From positions 32,001-96,000 of IMG/VR virus record IMGVR_UViG_3300033153_013152: a stretch of DNA of 64,000 bases; one strand, 5' to 3'. The notes under the pieces were generated by a model. It ran no database searches, was not told the DNA's origin, and saw only the letters and a program-made list of their open reading frames with translations. Below, one piece after another: positions 32,236 to 41,983 of this stretch. The translations under genes and the position numbers were made by a program. The DNA is from a virus. Position 1 is the first letter of the stretch, and every line of letters begins with the position of its first letter.

Positions 32236-32247
32236 ATAATAAATAGG

Positions 32248-32919
32248 CTACAAAATCTTGTTGCTCTTAGATAAATTTTCTTTTGCCCACAATGGTTGAA
32301 GATTTGTATAATGACAAACTTCCAATAGCTCATCTCTATTAGTCAAATCAAAAATAGATAGTGGCATTATATGATCAATGTGCCATTCACTTCCATAATT
32401 CTCTCAAGTCATTCCTGGTTTAAATTTAGATTCAAGATATTGTTTTAGAAATTCAATTGAACAACCAAGATCGCGAACTGCCGAACCTGATTTATAATTT
32501 CTTTTTAGAGCATTAGATAGTCTAGTCCTAAGCCTACAACCTATTCTAAAATTAATATCTTTTTCCATTCTTTCTTTAAAATATTTCTTATTATACTCAT
32601 TTCTTTGCAATTTACACTTTTTTCTATATTCTTCTATTTTTTCTAAATTATCATTACGATACTCTTTTACCCTTTTTTTAATTGTATCGGAATTTTTCAA
32701 ATAATATTCTCTAGCACGAATTTTATTTTTTTCCAAATTTCCATAATAATTTTCTAAATTTTTTTCGTTAATTTTCTTTTTATTGTGTTTGTAATAATTT
32801 ATCTTATATTTTTTAATACATTTTTTACAAGCACAACAAAAACCATCTCTTTTGCTTTTGTCTTTACTAAATTTATTAATATTTTTTAAAATAGTACATT
32901 TGGTACAAACTTTCTTCAT
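32248..32919 (-). pseudogene. HNH homing endonuclease interrupted by an in-frame TGA at 32404-32406
   Basis: MKKVCTKC...[24 protein letters not shown]...[17 protein letters not shown]. Confidence 0.75.
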
Positions 32920-33482
32920 CTTTTCCCCAAACCAAAATACATAGGTTCTGAAGTTCCCCATACCCACAATCCCTCTACAACAAAACTTTTGTTCTCATCA
33001 AATCTAAATTTTTTGTATTTTGGTTTTTCACCTTCATTCACATACTCTAGAGTGGTGTGTGGCTTATATTCTGGGAATTTATTTGAAACATTGATGGCAT
33101 TCTTCATCAATTCATCTTTGAATGTGTAATGCATGTTCTTCAATTTCTTAGAAAAAATAGGCATATGATAGACTTTTTGACCCTCATCATTAACAAATTT
33201 TCTTGGTTTGCGACCAATCTTAGCTTTGAATGGTCTAACTTGAGAACATACTTTTGAAACTATATTTTGAAGCTTACCATCAAAATGAGGATTCATATCG
33301 CCAATATAAACCACAATGATATGTTTTGGAGATTGATCTTCTTCTCCTCTTCCATTTGGAATCATCTGAGCAATTTCTGGAGGTAGAGCACAAAATATTC
33401 CAACACTCTTTCCTGGTTCTTGTTCTCTATTTTTGTGCCAATGCATTACATTATATAGATGACTTAAATTTGGTAAATTCAT
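32916..33482 (-). CDS. 2H phosphoesterase (LigT/Acb1-like)
   Basis: KHIIVVYIG and YKPHTTLEY, the first HxT-type motif degenerate. Confidence 0.75.
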   Translation of the reverse strand: MNLPNLSHLYNVMHWHKNREQEPGKSVGIFCALPPEIAQMIPNGRGEEDQSPKHIIVVYIGDMNPHFDGKLQNIVSKVCSQVRPFKAKIGRKPRKFVNDEGQKVYHMPIFSKKLKNMHYTFKDELMKNAINVSNKFPEYKPHTTLEYVNEGEKPKYKKFRFDENKSFVVEGLWVWGTSEPMYFGLGKR

Positions 33483-33820
33483 TATCTCTCTCCTTTTGGT
33501 GAAAATGAATCACCAACAAAACTACCATCTGGAACAGTTGGTTCATCATCATCCATTGGAAATGGACCTCGTTGCGGCATTTGTTTGCCCAATACTATAC
33601 CTTTTGCCGTATCAATATCACCATCTTGAATTGCTTTGATCAAATTTCTAAATTCTGAATCTTTCATTCCCATTTCTTGAGCTGGTGTAAATCCAGTTCT
33701 TTTGGCTCTCATCATTTGTGTAATAGCTTTTCTTGGTCCATTTATATCATTTTTTCTAAGAGCATCTCTAAGTCTATTTACATCTTGCAATGATTCACAT
33801 AATATTTTCAAAGTAATCAT
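33482..33820 (-). CDS. hypothetical protein, probable internal head protein
   Basis: N-terminus MITLKILCES. Confidence 0.6.
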   Translation of the reverse strand: MITLKILCESLQDVNRLRDALRKNDINGPRKAITQMMRAKRTGFTPAQEMGMKDSEFRNLIKAIQDGDIDTAKGIVLGKQMPQRGPFPMDDDEPTVPDGSFVGDSFSPKGER

Positions 33821-33830
33821 CCAAATATCC

Positions 33831-35081
33831 TCAATGCAACCTTTTTACAAATCCTTCTTTTTGCTTCATAGACTGTATAAAAATAATTAGTTCGTTTTTA
33901 TCATTACGAACATTTCCTGCATAAATTTGATCCATAATTGCTTTTAATACTTGACCAATTTGTTTTCCTTTAAATCCAACTGCAGCAATATCATTCCCAG
34001 AAATTTGCAATTCTTTTGGTGAAATTGGCAGTTCTTCTGCTTTTTTTATTTTTTCTGTTGCTTCACGAAACTGTGGCAATGGATTTGATATGTTCAATGA
34101 TTCAAACAATTTTTTGAAAAATGGAATACTTTCTCTGATTTTCTCTTTGAAAACAACTGAATTCCAAAATTCATTTTGCAAAAGATTTCTTGCTGTATCC
34201 AAAAACTTTTCCATTTCAATTGTTGGTCTCATTTTTTTGGCATCACCACCAAGAATAAAGAAAGCAATAAAATTAGCCAAAATCATTTCTTCTTTAGTTC
34301 CCGCAAATTTCTTCAATGAAATTGGCTTAAAATCTGAACCAAACAAAAATTTACCAATATCAGTTTCATCCAACAATTTGACAAACAATTCAGGATTTTT
34401 TGCTTTTGTCCATGCTTTTTCAAACTCCATAAGAATTCTTTCCGGAGAAATTGTTGCTAATTTGTTTTTCAATTCCTTCATTGCTTCCAATGTTTTCTTT
34501 TCAATGTTAAAATTGAATCTAACGGCAAATTGAATCGCCCTAAGAATTCTCAGTGGATCTTCATTGAATCTATCTTCTGGTTCACCAACAACTCTTATTA
34601 ATCTCTTTTGAATATCTTCTTGACCACCAAATAAATCTACAACATTACCTTGTACATCTTTTGCAAGAGCATTAATTGTAAAATCTCTCCTGGCTAAATC
34701 TGAATCTACAGAAGCTTTGTAATCAGTCTGTACAGAAAAATCTGTATGTTTCTGTCCCGTTTTGGTTTCTTTTGTTCTTGGAATTGCAAAATCAAATTCT
34801 TCACCATCTATTGTAGCCTTAACAATTCCAAATGATTTTCCTACCTCAGATACTTTTCCCAATGATTGCAACACTCTGGCAATTTTTTCTAAAGGAATTC
34901 CTGTGATTAGAAAATCTATATCTTTTGATTCTGGTGTTCCTGGAATCAGCTCATCTCTAACTGCTCCACCTACAATGTAAACTTTTCCACCAGCACGAAT
35001 AATTCTACTTTGAATTTTTTTGATAGTATTTTGAGATATAGCTTCTGTTATAAATTTAATAATCTTCATTTGGATAATCAA
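33831..35081 (-). CDS. cca: tRNA nucleotidyltransferase (class II CCA-adding enzyme/poly(A) polymerase family)
   Basis: VGGAVRD, DIDF, DLARRDFTINA, EDPLRILR..F; likely ATG 35069. Confidence 0.9.
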   Translation of the reverse strand: MIIQMKIIKFITEAISQNTIKKIQSRIIRAGGKVYIVGGAVRDELIPGTPESKDIDFLITGIPLEKIARVLQSLGKVSEVGKSFGIVKATIDGEEFDFAIPRTKETKTGQKHTDFSVQTDYKASVDSDLARRDFTINALAKDVQGNVVDLFGGQEDIQKRLIRVVGEPEDRFNEDPLRILRAIQFAVRFNFNIEKKTLEAMKELKNKLATISPERILMEFEKAWTKAKNPELFVKLLDETDIGKFLFGSDFKPISLKKFAGTKEEMILANFIAFFILGGDAKKMRPTIEMEKFLDTARNLLQNEFWNSVVFKEKIRESIPFFKKLFESLNISNPLPQFREATEKIKKAEELPISPKELQISGNDIAAVGFKGKQIGQVLKAIMDQIYAGNVRNDKNELIIFIQSMKQKEGFVKRLH

Positions 35082-35551
35082 TAAAATATTTTACTTTTTC
35101 TAAAGTAGGATTTTCTATTTCAACGCTTCCCCTTTTTGATCCTATTTTAACATCCAATATAACAACTTTTGAATGTCTAAGCAAATTATTTATTGTATTC
35201 AATTGTTTTGGTGTTGGCTTTTTGTGCAAATCTAATGTTAGCGTATCACCTCCATAAAATCCCATTCTTATTGCACCCTTATTCATAAAATCAATCATAT
35301 ATCTAGAATTAGAACCCATTCTTTCATCATCTGGAATACTAGAACCAATTTCTAAATATGCCATTGAAATATTTCTATGATCATATGATCTATCACCGTG
35401 GAGAACCACCTTCGGATTTTCCGCTAAAATCCAACATTTCCCCGTCAGGAAGAATATATCCCGATTCTGATGGATTATAAGTTACTCCAAAAATTTTTTT
35501 TGAAACATTAAATATTGTTTGCTCTAACAATATTTTTCTTAGAGGTATCAT
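35056..35551 (-). CDS. hypothetical protein, 164 aa with a +1 shift at CGG 35396-35398
   Basis: MIPLRKILLE...GYILPDGEMLDFSGKSEGGSP + GDRSYDHRNI. Confidence 0.75.
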
Positions 35552-35555
35552 TTAT

Positions 35556-35723
35556 TTATTTTTTACCATTTCCTCTTCCGCCACCAAAACCATTTCTACC
35601 TCTCCTAGGCAAATACCATTTAGAATTTCCACCATTATTGGTTTTTGTGGTTTTACAATTACCTTGACCCCTTCCCGTTCTTGGACCCTCACCTCTTGGT
35701 CCTGTTTTATCTCCTCTTGGCAT
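35556..35723 (-). CDS. DUF5320-like Gly/Arg-rich protein (55 aa, not in ORF track)
   Basis: MPRGDKTGPRGEGPRTGRGQGNC; strong AAGGAGGT Shine-Dalgarno. Confidence 0.8.
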   Translation of the reverse strand: MPRGDKTGPRGEGPRTGRGQGNCKTTKTNNGGNSKWYLPRRGRNGFGGGRGNGKK

Positions 35724-35746
35724 TTTATCAACCTCCTTGTTAAAAA

Positions 35747-36781
35747 TTAATACTTATCTGCAGCATAAAAAGCCCTAAAAACATTATCAATCCAACCTTT
35801 TATACCCAATCTTCTTTTATTTTGTGCAGCAGCCCTCATTGCAATTTTCCAATTTTCCCACTCACTTGAAGATATATTTTTTTTATAATTCAAAAAATCT
35901 ATACCTTGTCCACCTCTATTATCTATTTGTTTAGACACTTTGTAAATCTTTCTTCCGTCTTCATCACTCAATCCATATTTTTTAGGATTAATAACAAATC
36001 TCGCAATAACAGTATTAAATTCATTCAAATAAACATGTGACAAATATGTTGTTGCTTTCAATGCAGAATTGGGAATTGTAGCAATATGTCCAAGCATATC
36101 TTTTCTAAAAAAAACTGCCTGTATGGGTTCATTTTGATGAATCATTCCAGAACCCTGGTCAATAACTCCATATATATCATACAATTTCATTAAATATTGA
36201 GACCATTGTCTAGGATTTTTTTGAGCAAAAAAATCTCTTGTTATATTCCAAACCACTCCTGGAACTGTTTGAAAATAAGATTCTTCTTCAATATCATTCC
36301 ACATATCTCTCACAGACGGATCATCACGATATATAGAATCTTGTTGCGAAAATATTTTTTCATTTCTTTTTAACAACTCTTGCTTTGTAATCCTGCTATC
36401 TTTATCAACTTCTGCAGTACTGCTCACAATTAAAACTTTATCTCTCCATTGAGGTTTCACTACAAAAATATGCATATATTTTCTATCACTAGCAAATGGC
36501 AAATCACCCTTATAAAATTGATCTAGGCTAAAAAAAACAATAGGATAGGCATATATACCTAATGGAGTATTATAATCAGAACTTGGATTTAATCCTAACT
36601 TTTCTACATCAGAATAATGAACCATATAATATGGAGCATCTTTATAATTTGAACCAACTTTGTCGTATATTTGTTTGAATCTGTCAAACGGTTTGGTTTT
36701 CAATCCCCTCTCTCTTTCACCTCTTTGTTTTTCGTAAAGATTTTTGAGAGAAGGAATCATATTAAATTTCCTCTCAACCAC
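35747..36781 (-). CDS. hypothetical protein, putative ADP-ribosyltransferase-like fold
   Basis: HYS..KLGLNP..YNTPLGIYAYP...IHQNEPIQAVFF; paralog of 58178..59572; likely ATG 36760. Confidence 0.6.
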   Translation of the reverse strand: MVERKFNMIPSLKNLYEKQRGERERGLKTKPFDRFKQIYDKVGSNYKDAPYYMVHYSDVEKLGLNPSSDYNTPLGIYAYPIVFFSLDQFYKGDLPFASDRKYMHIFVVKPQWRDKVLIVSSTAEVDKDSRITKQELLKRNEKIFSQQDSIYRDDPSVRDMWNDIEEESYFQTVPGVVWNITRDFFAQKNPRQWSQYLMKLYDIYGVIDQGSGMIHQNEPIQAVFFRKDMLGHIATIPNSALKATTYLSHVYLNEFNTVIARFVINPKKYGLSDEDGRKIYKVSKQIDNRGGQGIDFLNYKKNISSSEWENWKIAMRAAAQNKRRLGIKGWIDNVFRAFYAADKY

Positions 36782-36784
36782 TTT

Positions 36785-37649
36785 TCAAATTTTCCGAGAT
36801 TTTATGTCACCAACCCAAAATCTTTTTAATAAATAGTTATTTTTTTTGGCCACCCTATTTTTAAGTTTATCGTTATAATAATTCTTTTTTTGAATTTTAT
36901 CCATCTCTTCCAATTTCAATCCCTTTGGGTGCCAATATTCCCCGTCTACTTCTATCAATAAATTATAATTTGGTATATAATAATCATAAAATTTTCCATT
37001 TATTTTAAATTCTCTTTCAAAATTTATTTTATTATTATTCAATATTTCATTACACATGGAAACAACAACATGATTATTTCGCAAATTCATCAACATAATT
37101 CTTTGCTTTTCGGTATTATCTTCTGAATTCCACCATTCTTTTCTCTTGATAGATATTTTTTTACTCCTTTCTTTGTTTTGCGATATCTTTCTTTTGGTTT
37201 CTTCCGTATGATGTTTACCAAAAAATGGATTATTTTTGCCTTTCATTATACCAGACATATTTCTTTTTGCAATTGCCTTTTCAAATTTTTTTCTAATTTC
37301 GGGCTTTTCCATTGCTTTTTTTGTACCTTCTGATACTCTTTTTCCCAAATTCAAATCATTTTTATATTGTTCCAATTTTGTTTTTCTTATTTTTTCTTTG
37401 GTTTTTTTGGAATGATGTTTGCCATAAAATGAAGATTTATTACCACTAAGAATTCTTGAATCTTCTTTGGAGCTTTTTCCCTTATTCCACGGAATTCTAC
37501 CATTCAATTTCTCTTTATATTCTTTTGATACTATATCGGCACCGTGGAAATTTTTCCAAATAACTTTCCTTATTCAATCCATGAACAACTAAATGCGAAC
37601 TTAATGAAGATTTAAATTCTTTTTTACACTCTAAACATTTAACACTCAT
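36785..37649 (-). mobile_element. homing endonuclease-like gene (zinc finger + NUMOD3 + Vsr/DUF559-like nuclease) with a +1 shift at CGG 37542-37544
   Basis: MSVKCLECK..HLVVH, FYGKHHS/FFGKHHT NUMOD3, YDYYIP..IEVDGEYWH. Confidence 0.78.
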
Positions 37650-38846
37650 GTAATAAATAGTCTGTAAATATCGAAAAAGAATAGAAAAAATTGTCCGCAC
37701 GAAAATTCCAACTGGAACTCCAGCTAATTGTCTTTTTAAATTATCGGCAGCTTCCATTTCTTGTTGTGCAAGTTTATCATAAGTCATTGAATCTAATAAT
37801 GTTCTCAATTCTTCTCTCAACATTGTTTGTTCTTCTCTTCCTTGCATAATTAAATCGGCACCATTCAATGTCAAATCACCATTGGGAATTGGAATTGTCG
37901 TAACCTTATTTCTAACTTGACCCAAAACTTCCTTGGACAAAGCAAGAGCAAATCTACGAATCCACTGCTTTCCCATTGAATTTATTCTAAAATAAGATAT
38001 ATTTCCAAATGGAACATTATTTATACTACTAATGCCATCAATTGCTGGATCATTAGAACCGGAAAATGGATCACCCTCATTCAAATAATATGTAAAATGA
38101 ATAGTAACATCACTTGTTGGAACTGGATATAATTTCAAAACATTATCAACAATATCATAAGAATAATTTGATCTCCTGATTCTATGAGATTGTTCTAATT
38201 GTTGCGCCCTCAATACATCTTCCCAAATTGGCAATAAATAAAACACAGTTTCTGGAGAAAATGATTCAAATGAAAATTGATTATGAAGATAATTAACCGC
38301 ACTTGTTGTATCAAAGAAACGATAGGCTGCAGTTGGAGAAAAATGAAACATTTCTTTTACTACAATTCTTTGGTTTGTATCTATAGTTCCATCAGCTATT
38401 AACAATTCTTGTAAATTATATTTTTCTTGACTCGAACTAACCGCAATAGAGGCAGAATATAAAGGTCTTGTTCCTCCAACCATTGCCTCAGAGGAATAAG
38501 AATCAGCTCTTCTATTCGCAAGGGCCAAAGACATTCTTGCCAATTTTTGTTCTTTTCCTTCCAATGAACCAGTTTCAGCACCAATAATATCTGCAAGCAT
38601 TGATTTGGCATTATATGAATTTATCATTGCAGAATATTCTAAAACGGCTTCTTCCAAACAAGTATATACATCTTTATTAGTTAATTCAACTTGCAATAAA
38701 CTACCACCAAATTTTCTATAAACATACTCAACCATACCATCTGCAGCACCAGAAAAATGAACATCTGAATCATATATGCCAAATGGAGTTGGATCTGCAA
38801 CGTGATTAAAAGAAGCAGTTAAATCCAAAGTTTCTATTACAGACAT
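37646..38846 (-). CDS. neck protein (gp13-like), 399 aa with a +1 shift at CGG 37695-37697
   Basis: QVELT..D...EEA, QWIRRFALALSKEVLGQVR.K...IP.G..TLNG; the shifted frame gives IFVG and stops on an ATGA overlap with the next gene. Confidence 0.8.
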
Positions 38847-38854
38847 TTATTAGT

Positions 38855-39529
38855 TTATTTCCTTTTTAGTTTTTTCGCAATTCTATTTAACATACTGGGT
38901 TCTTTTGGCAATTTTAATTTTCCCTTATTAGATAATCCTTTTTTAATATTACCTAGAGCATCGATATCAAATTGATAATCTTTTCCTAAAGATTTCCCAG
39001 CCAAAGATTTAAGACTTGGAGCCCCATCTGGTTCTGTTCCTCTAATTGGTTGATGTGCAATTGAACGACCTTTTTCACCAGGCTTGTCAGTACTAGTCCA
39101 ATCTATATCATGTTTTGGAGTTTTATTTGGAACTGTATTAAATTTCAAATTAGAAGGAGGTAATTTTTTAACATCTTTTGGTGAAGCAAATGGAATATCA
39201 TCTTTTTTATTCATTTTTGCCTTTGGAATACCATGTAATCTATCAGCAGATTTGTGGGGCGTTTTAGGCAATGGTGGGGGAATTTGTCCTGGTTTTACAT
39301 TTTTTTGTTGCGTATAATCATCTTTATTTGGTTGTAAATGTTTACTAAAAGTACCAAACATTCTTTGCCATTGACTACCAACATTCGAAGGAACAACTTT
39401 TGATAAATAATCTAACATATTTTTCATAACAACAATTTGATGATTTAGTGGAAGTTTGTTTATTCTCCCCATAATAGTTATATAGGCTTCTTGATCCATC
39501 GCTTCTTTTAAAATATCTTTTAAATTCAT
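38855..39529 (-). CDS. hypothetical Lys/Pro-rich protein, probable internal head protein
   Basis: MNLKDILKEA N-terminus. Confidence 0.65.
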   Translation of the reverse strand: MNLKDILKEAMDQEAYITIMGRINKLPLNHQIVVMKNMLDYLSKVVPSNVGSQWQRMFGTFSKHLQPNKDDYTQQKNVKPGQIPPPLPKTPHKSADRLHGIPKAKMNKKDDIPFASPKDVKKLPPSNLKFNTVPNKTPKHDIDWTSTDKPGEKGRSIAHQPIRGTEPDGAPSLKSLAGKSLGKDYQFDIDALGNIKKGLSNKGKLKLPKEPSMLNRIAKKLKRK

Positions 39530-39595
39530 TATTTTTTTCCACCCAAAATTATTTATATATCAAATATAAATATTAAAAAACACAACCTTAAAGAC

Positions 39596-39623
39596 AAAAA
39601 AAGCCCTACTTGTAGGGCTTTTT
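39596..39623. terminator. intrinsic terminator, possibly bidirectional
   Basis: A7-GCCCTAC-TT-GTAGGGC-T5. Confidence 0.8.
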
Positions 39624-39646
39624 ATATTCTATTATATTACTATTTT

Positions 39647-40243
39647 TTATTGTTCAACAAGAACAGTAGCAATAAAACTAGCGGAAGTGATATCTGGTTC
39701 ACTGAGATATTCTGCACTTGAAGTCAAACTTACACCAATAAATTGACCTGGTTTAAATGTCAAACCAGTAGTATCTTTAGCAACTGTGGTTACAAAGTTT
39801 GTTGCAAATGCCGTACCTCTAGTTCCAGTATGAACAGCAACCGTACAAGCAACATTAGCATTATCAACCATAACTGAAGCAGTTAATGCACCCGATTTTA
39901 CTATTTCAGCATCATACATAGTTGCCAATGAAATTCCCAAAACTGAACCAGAACGGACCATTGGAACACCATCAAATGCTTGAGTTGTAGGATCAGTAGT
40001 CGATGATAAAAATGAAGCAGTCATACTAGAAAAAGTATCTTGCAATACATTACCTTTTGCAAATACCAAAGGCATTACCATACCACCAGTAGTATTTAAA
40101 TCACCATCAACAGTAACATCACCAGTAACTGACATTCCATTCTTATTGACTTCTACAATTTCAACATTATCGGCATCAATAGCCCATCTATTTCTTGCTT
40201 TATAATAAATTCTATTTCCTTGATCTCCACCGCTTGATAACAT
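39647..40243 (-). CDS. putative capsid decoration/fibre protein
   Basis: beta-rich and Ser/Thr/Val-rich; downstream of major capsid; followed by a terminator. Confidence 0.55.
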   Translation of the reverse strand: MLSSGGDQGNRIYYKARNRWAIDADNVEIVEVNKNGMSVTGDVTVDGDLNTTGGMVMPLVFAKGNVLQDTFSSMTASFLSSTTDPTTQAFDGVPMVRSGSVLGISLATMYDAEIVKSGALTASVMVDNANVACTVAVHTGTRGTAFATNFVTTVAKDTTGLTFKPGQFIGVSLTSSAEYLSEPDITSASFIATVLVEQ

Positions 40244-40321
40244 TTTTATTTCTCTCCCTTAAATATCGAAATTTTAAACTTCAAAAATAAATAGTTGAAT
40301 ACAAAGAAAGAAGAAAAAATA

Positions 40322-41887
40322 TTATAATTCTAAAACCCAAATATAATTGCCCGAATTAAATATTTTACATACACCATTTTCATTGGCTATTTCATTCTCA
40401 GATTTCCCATTTTTAGCTCTATATTTAAATCTATTAAATCTATTTACATAATCAGTATAGAAATAACCTATTCCACTATGACCAACATATTTAAATCCAT
40501 AATTTCTATAAACATTTCCAATACCATAACTACAATCAGAATAAGTCAAAATTTTATTAAAATTTTCTTGCAAAACCCACTCTTTTACATATTTCATTAA
40601 ACGAGAAAAAGCACCAGGAATATGCGACTTAATAGCAGAACAAAATCTAGCCACCTCTATAGTTCCTGGTTTCTTTTTGGTAAAAGGTTTTCTCAAAGAA
40701 ATACAAACAACAATTTCTCCATTTTCTTCTAAAGAAAAAGCTTTTTTATATCTAACATTTCCTTGAAGATGATTATTTTCAAAAAAATTTTTTACTTTTT
40801 CGAATGATGGATTTACATTTACAATTAAATTTCTAGCATGATATTTTTTGAAATTATTATTAATACCCAACTTATTCAAAATAATTGATTCTACAATATC
40901 CCTTTTATTTCTCCACTCATCTTCAAATATTTGAATTAAACATATTTCTTTTTCTTTACATTTTACAAATTTATCATAATGATATTTTTTTGTTTTAAAT
41001 AAATTACAATGCCAATATAATCCATGAAATTCTATTGCCAATTTTTTATTTGGAATATACAAATCTAATTCGCTACCAATATTTTGTCTATCATTTCTAA
41101 TAATTTCTTTCTCATTAACATATTTAAGTAAAAAATCAACAATTTCTTGTTCATATTTGCTAACTTTACAGATTTTACATTTCGGACATTGAGCAATTCC
41201 ATCTCTTCCTATATTTTCAATAGAAGACTCAAAAACAAAATTATGTTCATTACATTTAAATTTTAATTTTTGTTTTCTATTTTTGTAGTCTTTTGCCTCA
41301 AAAAGAGGAATATAATTCTTAGAACAACAAAGAAAAACTATATCTTTATATGAAATTTTTTGTAAACTTTCTCCATATGTATTTTTTCCGTATTTATCTT
41401 TAATTGTTTTTCTAATTTTATTTTTTATTTCTTCATTTTGTATTGGAAATTCAACACCATATTTTTTTAAATTTGTTTGCTTCCTTTTCAATTTTATACT
41501 TTCTAAGAAAGCAACATTTTCAACACCATATTTTTTTAAATTTGTTTGTTTTATTTTTTGTTTTATTTCATTATTTGAAAATGGATTATTAGTTCCAAAT
41601 TTTTTAATAAAAGTTTTTTCCCTTTTTCTTTTTATTTCTTCATTTTTACCAGGATGATTGACTCCATATTTTTTCAAAAATACCCTTTCTCTTTTTAACA
41701 TTTGACATTTTTTATCAGAACAACAATCTAAATCTATATTTTTTCTACCCCTCAATAATTTATGATAAATTCTTTCAAAAATTTTTCCACAAAAATCACA
41801 CTCAACAACACAAAATTTATTACTATTTCCCTTTTTAATATTGGGATCAAAATTATTTTTTTCTAATGTCCTATTTCTCAAAATCAT
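40322..41887 (-). mobile_element. Hef-like homing endonuclease gene, paralog of 24730..26247
   Basis: KKYG repeats, ELDLYIPNKKLAIEFHGLYWHC, same C-terminal domain. Confidence 0.8.
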
Positions 41888-41927
41888 AAAATGATTATGC
41901 CATATATAGGTGTAAAAATTAACCTAA

Positions 41928-41965
41928 AAAAAATAAAAAAAAAGAAAGGCCCTTTTGGGCCTTTC
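41928..41965 (-). terminator. intrinsic terminator after major capsid gene
   Basis: GAAAGGCCC-AAAA-GGGCCTTTC followed by a long T tract on the minus strand. Confidence 0.85.
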
Positions 41966-41983
41966 TACTATCACCTCCCTAAA

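Noticed and set aside
32404-32406. TGA-to-Trp (code 4) or other stop-codon reassignment
   Set aside because: Only one case; TGA, TAA and TAG all end conserved genes at expected positions, often in ATGA overlaps.
37515-37697. Genuine neck-zinc-finger fusion (the 443-aa ORF)
   Set aside because: Better explained by the CGG shift ending the neck gene at an ATGA overlap with a separate endonuclease gene.
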